From assembly GCA_036676395.1 (NCBI GenBank), contig JAKFCY010000003.1, positions 352,001 through 416,000 of the forward strand: a stretch of 64,000 nt of DNA. Direction: 5' to 3'. The position numbers and the translations under genes were made by a program. The notes under the pieces are model-generated. The model had not been told where the DNA came from. It saw only the letters and a program-made list of their open reading frames with translations, and did no database searches. Origin of the DNA: Bdellovibrio sp. Lineage in GTDB: Bacteria; Bdellovibrionota; Bdellovibrionia; Bdellovibrionales; Bdellovibrionaceae. Shown piece after piece: positions 63,299-64,000 of this stretch. Each line of letters starts with the position of its first letter. Positions within the stretch are counted from its first letter, which is position 1.

Positions 63299-63742
63299 AT
63301 GAAAGTAATTTTACAAAAAGACGTTAAAGACTTAGGAAAAGTTGGCGATCTAGTTAACGTTTCTGCAGGTTTTGCTAGAAATTTATTATTCCCACGCAAA
63401 TTAGCTGTTGAAGCTACTGAAACTCGCGTGAACGAATACAATCACTTAAAACGCGTTGCTGATTCTAAAAAGAAAAAAGCAGCAACAGAGCGCCTAGCGT
63501 TCTTAGCAAAAATTAAAGGTACAACTGTTACTTTTAAATTAAACGCTGGTGATGGCGACAAACTTTTCGGAACTGTTACAACTTCTGATATCTCTAAAGG
63601 CTTAGGTAAACTAGGTTTTTCTGTAGACAGAAAAGACATCGTTCTTGAAGAGCAAATCAAAGTATTAGGAACTCATAAAGCAGTTATCAAGTACAGCGAA
63701 GGAATGGAAGCTCCAATCCAAATCTCTGTAGAACGCGCTTAA
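63299..63742 (+). CDS. rplI: 50S ribosomal protein L9
   Basis: [24 protein letters not shown] and KLFGTVT motifs. Confidence 0.97.
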   Translation: MKVILQKDVKDLGKVGDLVNVSAGFARNLLFPRKLAVEATETRVNEYNHLKRVADSKKKKAATERLAFLAKIKGTTVTFKLNAGDGDKLFGTVTTSDISKGLGKLGFSVDRKDIVLEEQIKVLGTHKAVIKYSEGMEAPIQISVERA

Positions 63743-63767
63743 TAGTTTTTAACTATAAAGAACCACT

Positions 63768-63806
63768 AAAGGGCTGGCACCGCAAAGTGTCGGCCCTTTT
63801 TATTTT
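63768..63806 (+). terminator. Intrinsic terminator after rplI
   Basis: AAAGGGCTGGCAC-CGCAAA-GTGTCGGCCCTTT followed by a T run. Confidence 0.88.
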
Positions 63807-63859
63807 GTGCCCGCGAGAGCAGCGGTGGTACATTGATCCCCAATGAACAGGGGTTTACC

Positions 63860-64000
63860 ATGACTAAGCTTTTCGTGATTTTAGGTCTTATTTTTTCTAT
63901 ACAAGCCTTCGCTAAAAAAACAGATGGCGCAGTAATTACTGAAGTAGTTCCGAGCGAAATCGTTTTAACAGTTAAAAAAGGCTATCATTTCAACGATAAG
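63860..64000 (+). CDS. Exported protein, N-terminus only (3' truncated by window edge)
   Basis: MTKLFVILGLIFSIQAFA-KKTDG...VKKGYHFNDK; signal peptide and AGGGG RBS. Confidence 0.6.
   Translation, partial: MTKLFVILGLIFSIQAFAKKTDGAVITEVVPSEIVLTVKKGYHFNDK

Overview
This AT-rich bacterial window spans the chromosomal replication origin. Gene content and order point to a Bdellovibrionota predator (Bdellovibrio/Pseudobdellovibrio-like); this is inferred from synteny and protein style, not from a database search. Left of the origin, mostly on the minus strand, lie the membrane-arm complex I genes nuoA-H-J-K-L-M-N, mfd, a small cluster of exported proteins, atpF'-F-H-A-G-D-C, parA-parB-bactofilin with three parS sites, and rpmH-rnpA-yidD-yidC-jag-mnmE-mnmG-rsmG. 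The origin itself is dnaA / oriC (DnaA boxes, DnaA-trios, AT-rich tract) / dnaN-recF-gyrB-gyrA. To the right are a TPR lipoprotein, atpZ-atpI-atpB-atpE, pgm, pdxA, three parvulin/SurA-like foldases, DUF374, etfBA, sdhCAB, an S8 protease, an alpha/beta hydrolase, an FHA protein and rpsF-DUF2232-rplI (no rpsR). I found no rRNA, tRNA, CRISPR array, transposase or prophage. The most notable observations are: (1) a Fic-domain AMPylase with a signal peptide, an intact active site and a putative auto-inhibitory motif (candidate prey-directed effector); (2) an exported isochorismatase-fold protein; (3) a synonymous echo of the atpG 3' end; (4) a small protein with a beta-clamp-binding-like motif; (5) an S6:S18 leader on an operon lacking rpsR; (6) a terminator embedded in a signal-peptide coding sequence.
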